From: Clostridia bacterium
GTDB lineage: Bacteria > Bacillota > Clostridia > Christensenellales > CAG-138
Reading direction: 5' to 3'
Assembly: GCA_017554455.1 (NCBI GenBank)
Contig: JAFZIH010000142.1
Coordinates: 1-53,924, forward strand
DNA: 53,924 bases
Below, one piece after another: positions 14,804 through 24,119 of this stretch; the stretch's first letter is position 1, and each line of letters opens with the position of its first letter. Both the position numbers and the translations under genes were made by a program. The notes under the pieces are model-generated. The model saw only the letters and a list, made by a program, of their open reading frames with translations. It did no database searches and was not told where the DNA came from.

Positions 14804-16738
14804 ATGACGGATTATCATATCGGTTCCTACCGCTCCATCGACGCCTTTGTGCGGGATAAACTCGACGCGTTCCGCGCCGCCGGGTTTTCTTTCGATGCGC
14901 TGTTCGAGCTGATGTTCCGCGAGACGGAAAACGTCCTCTACGAGCAAAGCGAGGGCTTTCGGATCCGCAAAACGACCTACGGCGAAGCGAAAGCGCAGAT
15001 CCTTTCGCGTGCCGCCGCATTGAAAACGGCTCTCGGAACGTTTCCGAAGGACGCCGTCGTCGGATTGTACCTTGATAATGGGCTCGATTGGATCGAGCTT
15101 TTCTGGGCGATCCTTGCCGCGGGCTTCCGTCCGCTTCTGATGAACCTGCGTCTGCCGGCGCCGCTGCTTGCTGGCGCATTGAAGATCGCGGACTGCCGGG
15201 CGGTCATTGCGGAACAGGGCGATTTTTCCTGCCCTGTGCTGCATCCGGATGAGATCCCGCCCTCCGGCGAACCGATCGCGGCGCAGCCGTTCGGCACGGA
15301 GCTGCTCGTCATGTCCTCCGGCACGACCGAGAACGTCAAGGTCTGCGCGTACGGAGCGGAGGAGTTCTTTTACCAGATCTGCGATAGTTACGGGATCATC
15401 CGGGAACAGCCGCTGATCAAAAAGCACTTTGAAGGCAATCTCAAGCTTCTGACCTTCCTCCCCTTCTATCACGTGTTCGGCCTGATCGCGATGTATATCT
15501 GGTTCGGGTTCTTTTCGCGTACGTTCGTACATTTGAACGACCTCTCCCCGTCCACCATCGTCAACACGATCCGCCGGCACAAGGTCACGCACATCTTTGC
15601 CGTGCCGCTCTTTTGGGAAAAGGTTTTTGAACAGGCAAATAAAGAGATCAAAAACCGCGGCGAACAGACCGCGGCGAAGTTCGACCGCGCGCTCGCTCTG
15701 ACGCAGAAGCTGCCCCGCCCGCTTTCCGCGGCGTTTTCGAAGCTTGCGTTCCGCGAGGTGTGCGACAATCTGTTCGGGGATTCCGTCGTCTATATGATCT
15801 CGGGCGGGAGCTTTCTGGATCCCGCCGTGCAGGCGTTTTTCAACGGCATCGGATACCCGCTCGCAAACGGCTACGGCATGACCGAGATCGGGATCACGTC
15901 GGTCGAGCTGTCCGCAAAGCAGAAATACCTGCGCCTCGGCTGCGTCGGAAAACCGATGCAGAACGTCGAATACCGCATCGATGAAACGGGCGAGCTGCTC
16001 GTTCGCGGGCTTGTGACCGCAAAATACGTGCTGACCGAAACGGGGCGGACGGATCGCTCCGGATGGTTCAATACGCACGATCTTGCGGAATGCGTCGACG
16101 GGCATTACCGCATCCTCGGCCGCGCGGACGATCTCATCGTCGGCGCGAACGGAGAAAACCTGAATCCGAACGCCGTGGAGCCGCTTCTTCGGACGGACGG
16201 GACGGAGATCTGTCTCATCCCCGTCGGCGACGGCGGAAGATCCTCCGCCGTGCTGCTCGTCGGCATGAACCGCATGACCGCCGCGGAAGCGGCAAAAAAG
16301 CTTTTGGACGCGGTGAAAAAGCGGGTCGACCGCTCCGGTCTTTCCGCCGCGATCTCGCGCATCGTTCCGGTTGAAGGTCCTCTGATGGCGGCGAACGAAT
16401 TCAAGCTGAACCGGATCCGTCTCCGCCGCGACTTTGCTTCCGGCGCGCTGCGTCCGCTCGATCTCTCGCAAAAACGCGACGATACGGAAGCCGACGCGCT
16501 TCTAAACCGCATCCGCGCCGTCGTCGCCGCCGCCGTGAACCGCAGCGAGGACGAAGTCGCCTTCGACGCCGATTTCTTCCTTGATCTCGGCGGCACGAGC
16601 TTGGATTATTTTGCCATGCTGACGAAGCTTCGGGACGAGTTCGACGCGCCGTTCCCCCTGGAGGAGACCGGGCTGAAGACCGTCCGCAGCATTGCGGACT
16701 ACGTTCGCAGAGAGAAAGGCGGCGATCTTCGGGTATGA
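14804..16738 (+). CDS. Adenylate-forming enzyme fused to a C-terminal carrier (PP-binding) domain (A-T didomain)
   Basis: ANL-superfamily cores: MSSGTTENVKV (degenerate A3), GYGMTE (A5), WFNTHDL (A7 with H for G), GRADDLIV (A8). The C-terminal ~75 aa carry LDLGGTSLDYFAML (phosphopantetheine Ser). Confidence 0.8.
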   Translation: MTDYHIGSYRSIDAFVRDKLDAFRAAGFSFDALFELMFRETENVLYEQSEGFRIRKTTYGEAKAQILSRAAALKTALGTFPKDAVVGLYLDNGLDWIELFWAILAAGFRPLLMNLRLPAPLLAGALKIADCRAVIAEQGDFSCPVLHPDEIPPSGEPIAAQPFGTELLVMSSGTTENVKVCAYGAEEFFYQICDSYGIIREQPLIKKHFEGNLKLLTFLPFYHVFGLIAMYIWFGFFSRTFVHLNDLSPSTIVNTIRRHKVTHIFAVPLFWEKVFEQANKEIKNRGEQTAAKFDRALALTQKLPRPLSAAFSKLAFREVCDNLFGDSVVYMISGGSFLDPAVQAFFNGIGYPLANGYGMTEIGITSVELSAKQKYLRLGCVGKPMQNVEYRIDETGELLVRGLVTAKYVLTETGRTDRSGWFNTHDLAECVDGHYRILGRADDLIVGANGENLNPNAVEPLLRTDGTEICLIPVGDGGRSSAVLLVGMNRMTAAEAAKKLLDAVKKRVDRSGLSAAISRIVPVEGPLMAANEFKLNRIRLRRDFASGALRPLDLSQKRDDTEADALLNRIRAVVAAAVNRSEDEVAFDADFFLDLGGTSLDYFAMLTKLRDEFDAPFPLEETGLKTVRSIADYVRREKGGDLRV

Positions 16739-17379
16739 TCGGGCTGTTCAACTGGTTTGTGAAGATCACCGGCTGGCCCGTACAGTTTCTGTGCTTTCGG
16801 ACAAAGATCCTCTACGAGGACAGAAAGGTGCAGGGACGGCACATCGAAAAGGATGCGATCGTGATCTCGAATCATACGTCGATCTTCGACTACGCGGTCT
16901 ATCTGTTCGTGTTCTGTACGCGCACGCTGCGCTTTCAGATGGCGGAGGTGCTGTATGAAAAGCCGCTGCTCGCGCTGCTTCTGCGGTGTCTCGGCGGGAT
17001 CCGCGTCGACCGGAACGCGCATGATTTCGGGTTCATGCCGAAATCGCTTTCGATCCTTTCGCGCGGGGGCGTGGTCGGGATCTTTCCGGAAAGCCGTCTG
17101 CCCCGCCCGGGCGAAGCGCGTCCGTTGCCGTTCAAGGTGAGCGCGGCGTATCTCGCGCTTACAAGCGGGTCGAAGATCATACCCGTCGTGACGAACGGAT
17201 CGTATTTTTGCCGCAAACGCGCCCGCGTTCTGATCGGAAAGCCGATCCTCGCCTCCGATCTTCTGGAAGAGGGCGTCGGCGAAACGGAGAATCTTGCCAT
17301 CGTTTCCGAACGGCTTCGGGAACGGATCATCGCATTGGAGAAACTGCTGTATGGAACAGAAACGACCGAATCGCGCTAA
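16735..17379 (+). CDS. PlsC/LPLAT-family acyltransferase 1
   Basis: HX4D block ISNHTSIFD and FPESRL block. ATGA overlap with the upstream stop. Confidence 0.85.
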   Translation: MIGLFNWFVKITGWPVQFLCFRTKILYEDRKVQGRHIEKDAIVISNHTSIFDYAVYLFVFCTRTLRFQMAEVLYEKPLLALLLRCLGGIRVDRNAHDFGFMPKSLSILSRGGVVGIFPESRLPRPGEARPLPFKVSAAYLALTSGSKIIPVVTNGSYFCRKRARVLIGKPILASDLLEEGVGETENLAIVSERLRERIIALEKLLYGTETTESR

Positions 17380-18031
17380 GCTGTTTTCGCTGAAATACCT
17401 TGTCTACGACTTCGTCAAGCTGTCCGCCGCGCTTCCCGGGATGATCTGGCTGCGCCCGCGCTGGCGGTTTGAATCGGAAGCCGCAAAAAAGCCGATCCGC
17501 GGCGGCGCGCTGGTGATTTCGAACCATGACGGATTCTTCGATCCGGTCAACGTGATGTTTGCGGTCTGGTACCGGCGGCACCATTTCGTCTGCGGCAAAG
17601 AGTTCTTTGAATCAAAGGCGAAATGGTGGTTCGAACGGTTTCTCTGCATTCCGATCGACCGGCAGAATTTTAATTTCGGTTCGCTTCGGGAGATCACCGA
17701 CGAACTCAAAAGCGGTTCGCTCGTGTCCATCTTTCCGGAGGGACACATCAACGACGGCAGCGGCGACCTTTCCGTATTCAAGTCCGGTCCCGTGCTCATT
17801 GCGCTGCAGGGCAAGGCGCCGATCGTGCCGGTCTACGTGAAGCCGAGAGCGCATTTCTATAACCGTATGACCTTTGTCATCGGAGAACCGATCGACCTCT
17901 ACGCGCGGTACGGCAAGCGCCCGCCGATGTCCGAGATCGACGCCGTCGCCGAAGAGCTTCGGCGAAAAGAAGAAGAATTAAAACAAATTGCATATAGGAA
18001 CAGGAGGAAAACCGATGCAGACACCAAGTAA
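17351..18031 (+). CDS. PlsC/LPLAT-family acyltransferase 2
   Basis: ISNHDGFFD and IFPEGHI blocks. GGAGAA SD upstream of ATG 17351. Overlaps the upstream gene by 29 nt. Confidence 0.85.
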   Translation: MEQKRPNRAKLFSLKYLVYDFVKLSAALPGMIWLRPRWRFESEAAKKPIRGGALVISNHDGFFDPVNVMFAVWYRRHHFVCGKEFFESKAKWWFERFLCIPIDRQNFNFGSLREITDELKSGSLVSIFPEGHINDGSGDLSVFKSGPVLIALQGKAPIVPVYVKPRAHFYNRMTFVIGEPIDLYARYGKRPPMSEIDAVAEELRRKEEELKQIAYRNRRKTDADTK

Positions 18032-19529
18032 AGAGATCTTTCGCAAATACACGGACGAAAAGACGTTTGAACGCATCCGTGAATTCACGACCGTTTCCGC
18101 GATGTGGGAACACTGCGTAAACGAATATCCCGACGCGCCGGCGATCGTCGACGAAGGGAAAGCCAGAAGCTTTGCGGAGCTGGAAGCGGACGTCGCGGGC
18201 TTCCGCACACTTTTGAAGGACTGCCCGGTCGGCACGCGCGTTGCGATCTTTGCCGCGAACTCCTATGATTTCGTCAAGGCATACCTTGCCGTCGTGACCT
18301 CGGGCGCGACCGCCGCAATCTTCCCGGCGCATCTTCCCGCGGAAGCCGTGTTCGGCTGCTGCATGATGTTCGGCATCAAAAAGCTCGTCTATCAGGCGGA
18401 TTTCGAGCCGCGTCTTGCGATCGTCAAGGCAAAGCGGCCCGACATCGCGCTGATCCCCGCCGACGCCGTTTCCGACGAAAAGACGCCGCTCGTGCCGTGC
18501 GAGCCGAAAACGCCGTGCGCGATCGTCTTTACGGGCGGCACGACCGGCAAGAGCAAGGGCGCGCTGCTTTCGAACGACGCGGTGATGCAGGGCACGATCA
18601 ACGGCTGCTACGGTTACCCGGACGTGTTCGGTCAGCGCTACCTTCTGGTGCTGCCGCTTTCGCACGTGTTCGGCCTGATCCGCAACCTCATGACCTCGCT
18701 CTATACCGGCAGCGCGCTGTACATCTGCCGCAACAATAAAGATATGTTCCGCGACGTGGCGGTCTTTAAGCCGACGATCATGGTCATCGTGCCGGCGCTT
18801 GCGGAAATGGCGCTGACGCTTTCCAAGAAATTCGGACGCAACATGCTCGGTACGGACCTCAAAACCATCATCTGCGGCGCGGCGCCGGTGTCGCCGTTCC
18901 TCGTCAAAGAATACGACAAGCTCGGCATCAAGCTGCTGCCCGGCTACGGTCTCACCGAGTCCGCAAATCTCGTCTCCGGCAATCCGGAAAGTCTTAGTAA
19001 ACCCGAATCCGTCGGTCTGCCGTTCCCGAATCAACAGATCCGGATCGAAAACGGCGAGCTGTGGCTGAAGGGCCGCAACATGATGGAGGGCTACGTCGGC
19101 GTGGAAGAACCCGGCGCGTACGAGGACGGCTGGTTCCGTACCGGCGATCTCGTGCGGTTCGATGAGGACGGCTATCTCTACATCACCGGCCGCATCAAGG
19201 AGATCATCGTTCTGCCGAACGGCGAAAACGTCTCCCCCGCCGAGGTCGAAGTCCATTTCAACGCGCTCCCGTTCATCCAGGATTCGCAGGTCTTTGAAGC
19301 CCGCAGCGCGCTGGGCGAGCCGATCCTCGCGCTGGAGGTGGTTCTGCGTCCGACCGAGCTCACGGATATGGACGACGCGGCGCGCAAGGCGTACGCCGTC
19401 GCGGAGCTTGAAAAGATCAACCGCACGCTGCCCGGCTTCCAGCAGGTCAGCCGCATCACCGTCCGGGATACCGACTTTGAACGGTCTCCCGCCATGAAGA
19501 TCGTGAGGTACAAGAATGTCCAGAACTGA
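18015..19529 (+). CDS. Fatty-acid--CoA/ACP ligase-like AMP-binding enzyme
   Basis: Canonical cores FTGGTTGKSKGA, GYGLTES, WFRTGDL, GRIKEIIVLPNGENV. AGGAGGA SD upstream of ATG 18015. Confidence 0.85.
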   Translation: MQTPSKEIFRKYTDEKTFERIREFTTVSAMWEHCVNEYPDAPAIVDEGKARSFAELEADVAGFRTLLKDCPVGTRVAIFAANSYDFVKAYLAVVTSGATAAIFPAHLPAEAVFGCCMMFGIKKLVYQADFEPRLAIVKAKRPDIALIPADAVSDEKTPLVPCEPKTPCAIVFTGGTTGKSKGALLSNDAVMQGTINGCYGYPDVFGQRYLLVLPLSHVFGLIRNLMTSLYTGSALYICRNNKDMFRDVAVFKPTIMVIVPALAEMALTLSKKFGRNMLGTDLKTIICGAAPVSPFLVKEYDKLGIKLLPGYGLTESANLVSGNPESLSKPESVGLPFPNQQIRIENGELWLKGRNMMEGYVGVEEPGAYEDGWFRTGDLVRFDEDGYLYITGRIKEIIVLPNGENVSPAEVEVHFNALPFIQDSQVFEARSALGEPILALEVVLRPTELTDMDDAARKAYAVAELEKINRTLPGFQQVSRITVRDTDFERSPAMKIVRYKNVQN

Positions 19530-19767
19530 GATCATCGAAAAGCTCAGAGAGATCCTGATCGCCGCGGACGACCGCAGCCGCGACAAAGTCGCCGCCTGCA
19601 CGGAGGAATCCCGGCTGGTCGCGGACCTCGGCTTCTCCTCCGTGAGCATGCTCTATATGGTCATTGCGATCGAGGAGGAGATGGGGATCCGCTTCGACAA
19701 CGTCGGCGCGTCCGATTTTGAGACGCTCGGCGACGTCGTCAGCTTCATCGAGGCGAAGCTGAAATGA
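19516..19767 (+). CDS. Stand-alone acyl carrier protein
   Basis: 83 aa, four-helix ACP pattern with DLGFSSVSML attachment-site motif. Start overlaps the ligase stop by 14 nt. Confidence 0.8.
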   Translation: MSRTEIIEKLREILIAADDRSRDKVAACTEESRLVADLGFSSVSMLYMVIAIEEEMGIRFDNVGASDFETLGDVVSFIEAKLK

Positions 19768-20801
19768 AATGGCGGCCCGGCGAGCCCGCTCCGGGCGATA
19801 TGGTGCGGGTGCAGATCGGTTCGATCTTCCATTACGGGATCTATGCGGGCGACGACAGGATCATCGCGTTCGGTCTTCCGCCCGTCCCGCAATACGCCGA
19901 CGCGCCGGATCGGTTTCTCGTCGTGGAGACGGATATGGACGTGTTCTGTGTAGGACGCATTCCGGAGATCGCGATCCTCGACCGCGCGGAGCGCAAAAAG
20001 CGCATCCCTCCGGATAAAACGGTGCGGCTTGCGAAGGAACGCCTTGGCACGGACGGATACCATCTGATCCGCAACAACTGCGAGCACTTCGCCTACGAAT
20101 GCGTTTTCGGCGAAAAAAAGAGCGAGCAGGAGGAAGCGGTATTCCGAATGTGGAACGCTCGTCCGGTCCTGAACGTGTATCTTGGAGAAGCCGATCGCTT
20201 CACGCTCGATTTCCCCGTCCCGCCGGAACGGGAACGCGAGATCAACGCCTGCTCCGATCCTGCAATGCGGCAGGCGCGGATCGCAAACTGGGCGCTTCTC
20301 CGGCGCGCCGCGAAGCATTGTTTCTCGCTCGACGCGGACGAACTCCGCTTCGTCCGGCAAAAGAACGGCGGATGGTCGTGCGACCGCTTCCCGTTTTCGT
20401 TTTCGCATGCGGACGGGCTTTGCTGCGTCGCGGTCTCGAACGCGCCGGTCGGCGTCGATCTGGAAACGCTCGAAGGGTTTTCCCGCAGGTCAGCTGCGGA
20501 AAAGCTCGATAAGCTTCGTAAAAGGTGCTTTTCGGCTGCCGAGCAAAGCGCGTATCCGGAAACGGTCGAGGGCTTCCTCGCCTGTTGGACGCGGAAGGAA
20601 GCGATCTTCAAGGCGTCGAAAAAGCGCGCGTTTTTCCCTGCCGGGACGGATTCGCTCACGGATTCCGTCGTGACGTTTCAGCTTTCCGAACCGCGCGCGC
20701 CGATCGTCTCCGTTTTCGGTCCCAATACCGCGTTTACGCGATTCTTCGTCGCGGACGAAAACGGGATAAGGCCGATCGGCGGCGAACCAATGAAATTCTG
20801 A
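19764..20801 (+). CDS. LRAT/PLAAT-like (NlpC/P60 superfamily) domain fused to Sfp-type 4'-phosphopantetheinyl transferase
   Basis: N-terminus: FHYGIY (His) ... LIRNNCEHFAYEC (NCEHF catalytic Cys signature of the LRAT/H-Rev107 family). C-terminus: FSFSHADG...PVGVDLE and WTRKEAIFKA (PPTase motifs). Confidence 0.75.
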   Translation: MKWRPGEPAPGDMVRVQIGSIFHYGIYAGDDRIIAFGLPPVPQYADAPDRFLVVETDMDVFCVGRIPEIAILDRAERKKRIPPDKTVRLAKERLGTDGYHLIRNNCEHFAYECVFGEKKSEQEEAVFRMWNARPVLNVYLGEADRFTLDFPVPPEREREINACSDPAMRQARIANWALLRRAAKHCFSLDADELRFVRQKNGGWSCDRFPFSFSHADGLCCVAVSNAPVGVDLETLEGFSRRSAAEKLDKLRKRCFSAAEQSAYPETVEGFLACWTRKEAIFKASKKRAFFPAGTDSLTDSVVTFQLSEPRAPIVSVFGPNTAFTRFFVADENGIRPIGGEPMKF

Positions 20802-20811
20802 GGAGGACGGT

Positions 20812-21753
20812 ATGCTCTGGATCCTTGCGGCTTTGATCGGATGCTACGCGATCTTTGTTTTCGCGCCGGCGGTCGTTGCCGTCTGCACGATCTTCCGGGC
20901 AAAACCGGGCGACCCTCTCGAACGGCTGATCGCGCCCGACGGACAGTTCGCAAGATTTGCAGACCGCATGCTGAAAGCGCGCAGCCGGCTTTCCGCGCTT
21001 CAAAAGACGCACGTCTCGATTTCCGCGCGGGACGGAGTCACGCTTTCGGGCGACTATTACGATCTCGGAAGCGGCAGGACTGCGATCTTCGTGCACGGCT
21101 ACCGCACCGATCCGGAGGTCAATTTCGTCGTACAGGCGGACGTCTTTGCCCGCCGCGGATACAATCTTCTGATCATCCGCCAGCGCGGGCACGGCGACGG
21201 ATCCCGCGCGCGCTGCGGGCTCGGTCTCAATGAGCAGCACGACGTCGCCGCGTGGAACGAATGGGCGCTCGGGCAGAAAGGCGTCGCCGAAACGGTGATT
21301 TACGGCGTTTCGATGGGCGCTGCGGCGATCGGCTTTGCCGCCTGCGATCTCGACCCGAAAAAGACGCGCGCGCTCGTGCTCGACTGCGGGTTTCGCTCCC
21401 CGTATGAGCAGATCCGCCTTGACTGCAAGCGGCGGAACGTCCCCGGTTTCCTCATCATGCCGCCCATCCGCCTGCTTGCGAAGCTGTTTCTGCGGCTTTC
21501 GATCAAAAAGCGCACGGACGACGTGCTGAAACGAACGACGATCCCCTGCTTCTTCCTGCACGGAACGGCGGACGAGACCGTTCCCTACGAAACGGGGCGG
21601 GAAGTTTATGAAGCATGCGGTGCAAAAAAGGCGTTCTATACCGCGGAAGGCGCGGGGCACGCCGAGGCGTTCGTTTCCGATCCCGAACGTTCGGAAGCCG
21701 CGCTGTTTGCGTTTCTGGAACAATCAATCGAACCTTACAAAAAAGGGTATTGA
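20812..21753 (+). CDS. Membrane-anchored alpha/beta hydrolase (paralogue 1)
   Basis: N-terminal TM helix, nucleophile elbow GVSMG, later D and GAGHAE His region. GAGGAGGA SD. Confidence 0.8.
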   Translation: MLWILAALIGCYAIFVFAPAVVAVCTIFRAKPGDPLERLIAPDGQFARFADRMLKARSRLSALQKTHVSISARDGVTLSGDYYDLGSGRTAIFVHGYRTDPEVNFVVQADVFARRGYNLLIIRQRGHGDGSRARCGLGLNEQHDVAAWNEWALGQKGVAETVIYGVSMGAAAIGFAACDLDPKKTRALVLDCGFRSPYEQIRLDCKRRNVPGFLIMPPIRLLAKLFLRLSIKKRTDDVLKRTTIPCFFLHGTADETVPYETGREVYEACGAKKAFYTAEGAGHAEAFVSDPERSEAALFAFLEQSIEPYKKGY

Positions 21754-21766
21754 ATAGGAGGATAAC

Positions 21767-22702
21767 ATGAAATCATTTGCAATTCTTGCCGACGGTACCT
21801 GCGATCTCAATGAATCGTTCAGCACGGAGTACGATATCCGGGTCCTGCCCGGACACGTCGTTCTGCCGGATAAGTCGGATATCCCCGGTCCGCGCGCGTG
21901 GGATCGTTTCTCGCGCGACGAGTTTTATGCCGATCTTCGGAAAAATCCGAACGGCTACGCCACCTCGCCCGCGAACGTCGAGGAGTTCCGCCGCGCAATG
22001 GAAGAGATCGTAAAGGACGGCACGCCGCTTCTGGTCATGACGATCTCCAGCGGGATGTCCGGCACGTTCGACTTTGCCTGCACCGCAGCAGGTCTCGTGA
22101 AAGAGACTTATCCGGACGCCGAGATCCGCTGCATCGACACGCTGCGCTTCGGTCCCGGCTTCGGGCTGATGGCGGTCCGCGCCGCGATGCTGCGCGCCGA
22201 GGGCAAGACGATGGAAGAGGTCGCGGACTGGCTTGAGGAAAACAAGAACCGGTTCCATCAGGCGGGCTGGCTCGACGATCTGAGCTTCGTCGCAAAGAAG
22301 GGCCGTCTGACCAACGCGAAGGCGTTCTTCGGCACGCTCGCGGGCATCAAGCCGATCGGCGAATTCGACTACAACGGCATGACCACGGTCATCGGCAAGG
22401 CAAAGGGCGCGAAAGCAGCGTACGCCGCGCTGCTCGAATACATCGGGCAGACCGCGGAAAACCTGTCCGACCAGATCGTCTTTATCGCGCAGACCAACCG
22501 TCTCAATCAAGCGGAAACGTTCAAGCAGCTCATCGTGGAACGCTTCCATCCGAAAGCGATCTATATCAACGACGTCTTCCCGTCCTGCGGGATCAACATC
22601 GGACCCGGCCTCATGGCGGCGTATTACGTGGGCAAGCCCATTTCCAAAGATCTCTCGGAAGAACGCGCGATCATCGAAAAAGCGCTTTCCTCCGGCAAAT
22701 AA
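21767..22702 (+). CDS. DegV-family fatty-acid-binding protein (FakB-like)
   Basis: ILADGTCDL start, TSPANVEEF and ISSGMSGTF blocks typical of the DegV/EDD fold. Confidence 0.85.
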   Translation: MKSFAILADGTCDLNESFSTEYDIRVLPGHVVLPDKSDIPGPRAWDRFSRDEFYADLRKNPNGYATSPANVEEFRRAMEEIVKDGTPLLVMTISSGMSGTFDFACTAAGLVKETYPDAEIRCIDTLRFGPGFGLMAVRAAMLRAEGKTMEEVADWLEENKNRFHQAGWLDDLSFVAKKGRLTNAKAFFGTLAGIKPIGEFDYNGMTTVIGKAKGAKAAYAALLEYIGQTAENLSDQIVFIAQTNRLNQAETFKQLIVERFHPKAIYINDVFPSCGINIGPGLMAAYYVGKPISKDLSEERAIIEKALSSGK

Positions 22703-22735
22703 CGGTCCCTTTTACGGGGTAAGAAAGGAATCCTT

Positions 22736-24073
22736 ATGAGAAAACTCACCAAAAAATGGCAGATGTTCCTGTACGCCATCGGCGGTATGGGCGTCAACAT
22801 GCTCAACCTGATGGTCAACTCGTACCTGTGCAGCGCGCTCATCGCTTCGGGCTTCAACCCGAGCGTCGTCCCGTTCCAGACGTTCCTCGGACGCGATCTC
22901 GTCATCGCGGGCGTATGGGCGGTGTTCGGCGTCATCGCGAAAATCATCGACGGCGTCATCGACGTCCCGATGGCGTCGTTTACGGACAATCTGAAAACCA
23001 GATTCGGCCGCAGACGTCCGGCGCTCATCATCGGTCTTGTTCCGATGCTCCTTGCGTACGTCCTGTTTACGCTCGTCACGCCGAATCCGGCGGGCGCAAC
23101 GCTTTTGAATACGGTCTTCTACGGCGTGACGCTCTGCGTGTTCTACAGCTTCTACACGCTGACCATGGTCACGTATTACGCGACGTTCACCGAGATCGTC
23201 GACACGCAGGAGGAGCGGAACTTCATGTCGAACGTGAAATCCGTCTGCGACATCCTGTACTTCATCCTCGGCTATGTCGTGGTCCGCGCGCTGCTGAACG
23301 GCATGAACGTCCGTCCGGTGTCCATGATCGTGCTTCCGATCGTGCTGACGATGCTGATCCCGCTGCTTCTCATCAAGGAAAGCTCCACCAAGGACGGCGT
23401 GATCAGCCGCGACGGCGAGGAAACGTCCGTTTCGGTCAATCTCTTCAAGTCGATCGCGTATACGTTCAAAAACAAGGACTATATCCTGTGGATGGTCGTG
23501 TACTCCTTCATGACGTTCGGCGTACAGCTCTTCCTTTCCGGCATCAACGAGTACTTCTCCGTCGCGGGGATGAACATGATGTTCGTCATGATGGCGGCGT
23601 TTGCGCCCGTGCCGTTCACCCTGCTCATCTATAACAAGCTGACGAAAAAGCTCGGCTTCGGCTTCTCCTACCGCTATACGCTCGTGATCTTTGCCGTCGG
23701 CATGGCGGCCATGTTCGCGGTCTCCTATCTCGAGGCGGGAACGCTGAAAACGATCCTTGCGATCGTCACGGGTCTCATTTCCTCGTTCGGCATCGGCGCC
23801 ATGTTCTCCGTTGCGTACTCCGTGCCTTCGGAGCTTGCCGCGGAGGAGGAAAAGCGCACCGGGATCTCGAACGCCGCGATGTACTTTGCGGTGCAGGGGC
23901 TCTTTGCGGGCGTCGCCTCCGGCATCGGCGGACAGGCGGTGCTGACGCTGATGAAAACGAACAACGTCGTGAAATATCTGACGCTGGTCTGCGCGATCGC
24001 CGTGCTTGTCGCGTTCGCGCTGTCCTTCCTGCTGCCGAAGTCCGTCACGCTGATGGGCAAGAAAGACGAATAA
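22736..24073 (+). CDS. MFS transporter of the GPH/MFS_2 type
   Basis: 12 predicted TM segments. Loop 2-3 signature DGVIDVPMASFTDNLKTRFGRRRP resembles the GPH D-x-x-D...GRRRP motif. Confidence 0.8.
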   Translation: MRKLTKKWQMFLYAIGGMGVNMLNLMVNSYLCSALIASGFNPSVVPFQTFLGRDLVIAGVWAVFGVIAKIIDGVIDVPMASFTDNLKTRFGRRRPALIIGLVPMLLAYVLFTLVTPNPAGATLLNTVFYGVTLCVFYSFYTLTMVTYYATFTEIVDTQEERNFMSNVKSVCDILYFILGYVVVRALLNGMNVRPVSMIVLPIVLTMLIPLLLIKESSTKDGVISRDGEETSVSVNLFKSIAYTFKNKDYILWMVVYSFMTFGVQLFLSGINEYFSVAGMNMMFVMMAAFAPVPFTLLIYNKLTKKLGFGFSYRYTLVIFAVGMAAMFAVSYLEAGTLKTILAIVTGLISSFGIGAMFSVAYSVPSELAAEEEKRTGISNAAMYFAVQGLFAGVASGIGGQAVLTLMKTNNVVKYLTLVCAIAVLVAFALSFLLPKSVTLMGKKDE

Positions 24074-24119
24074 CACGGCTTTTGCCGCATCGGAACGATT
24101 TGCGGCGAGATGTAAAAGT

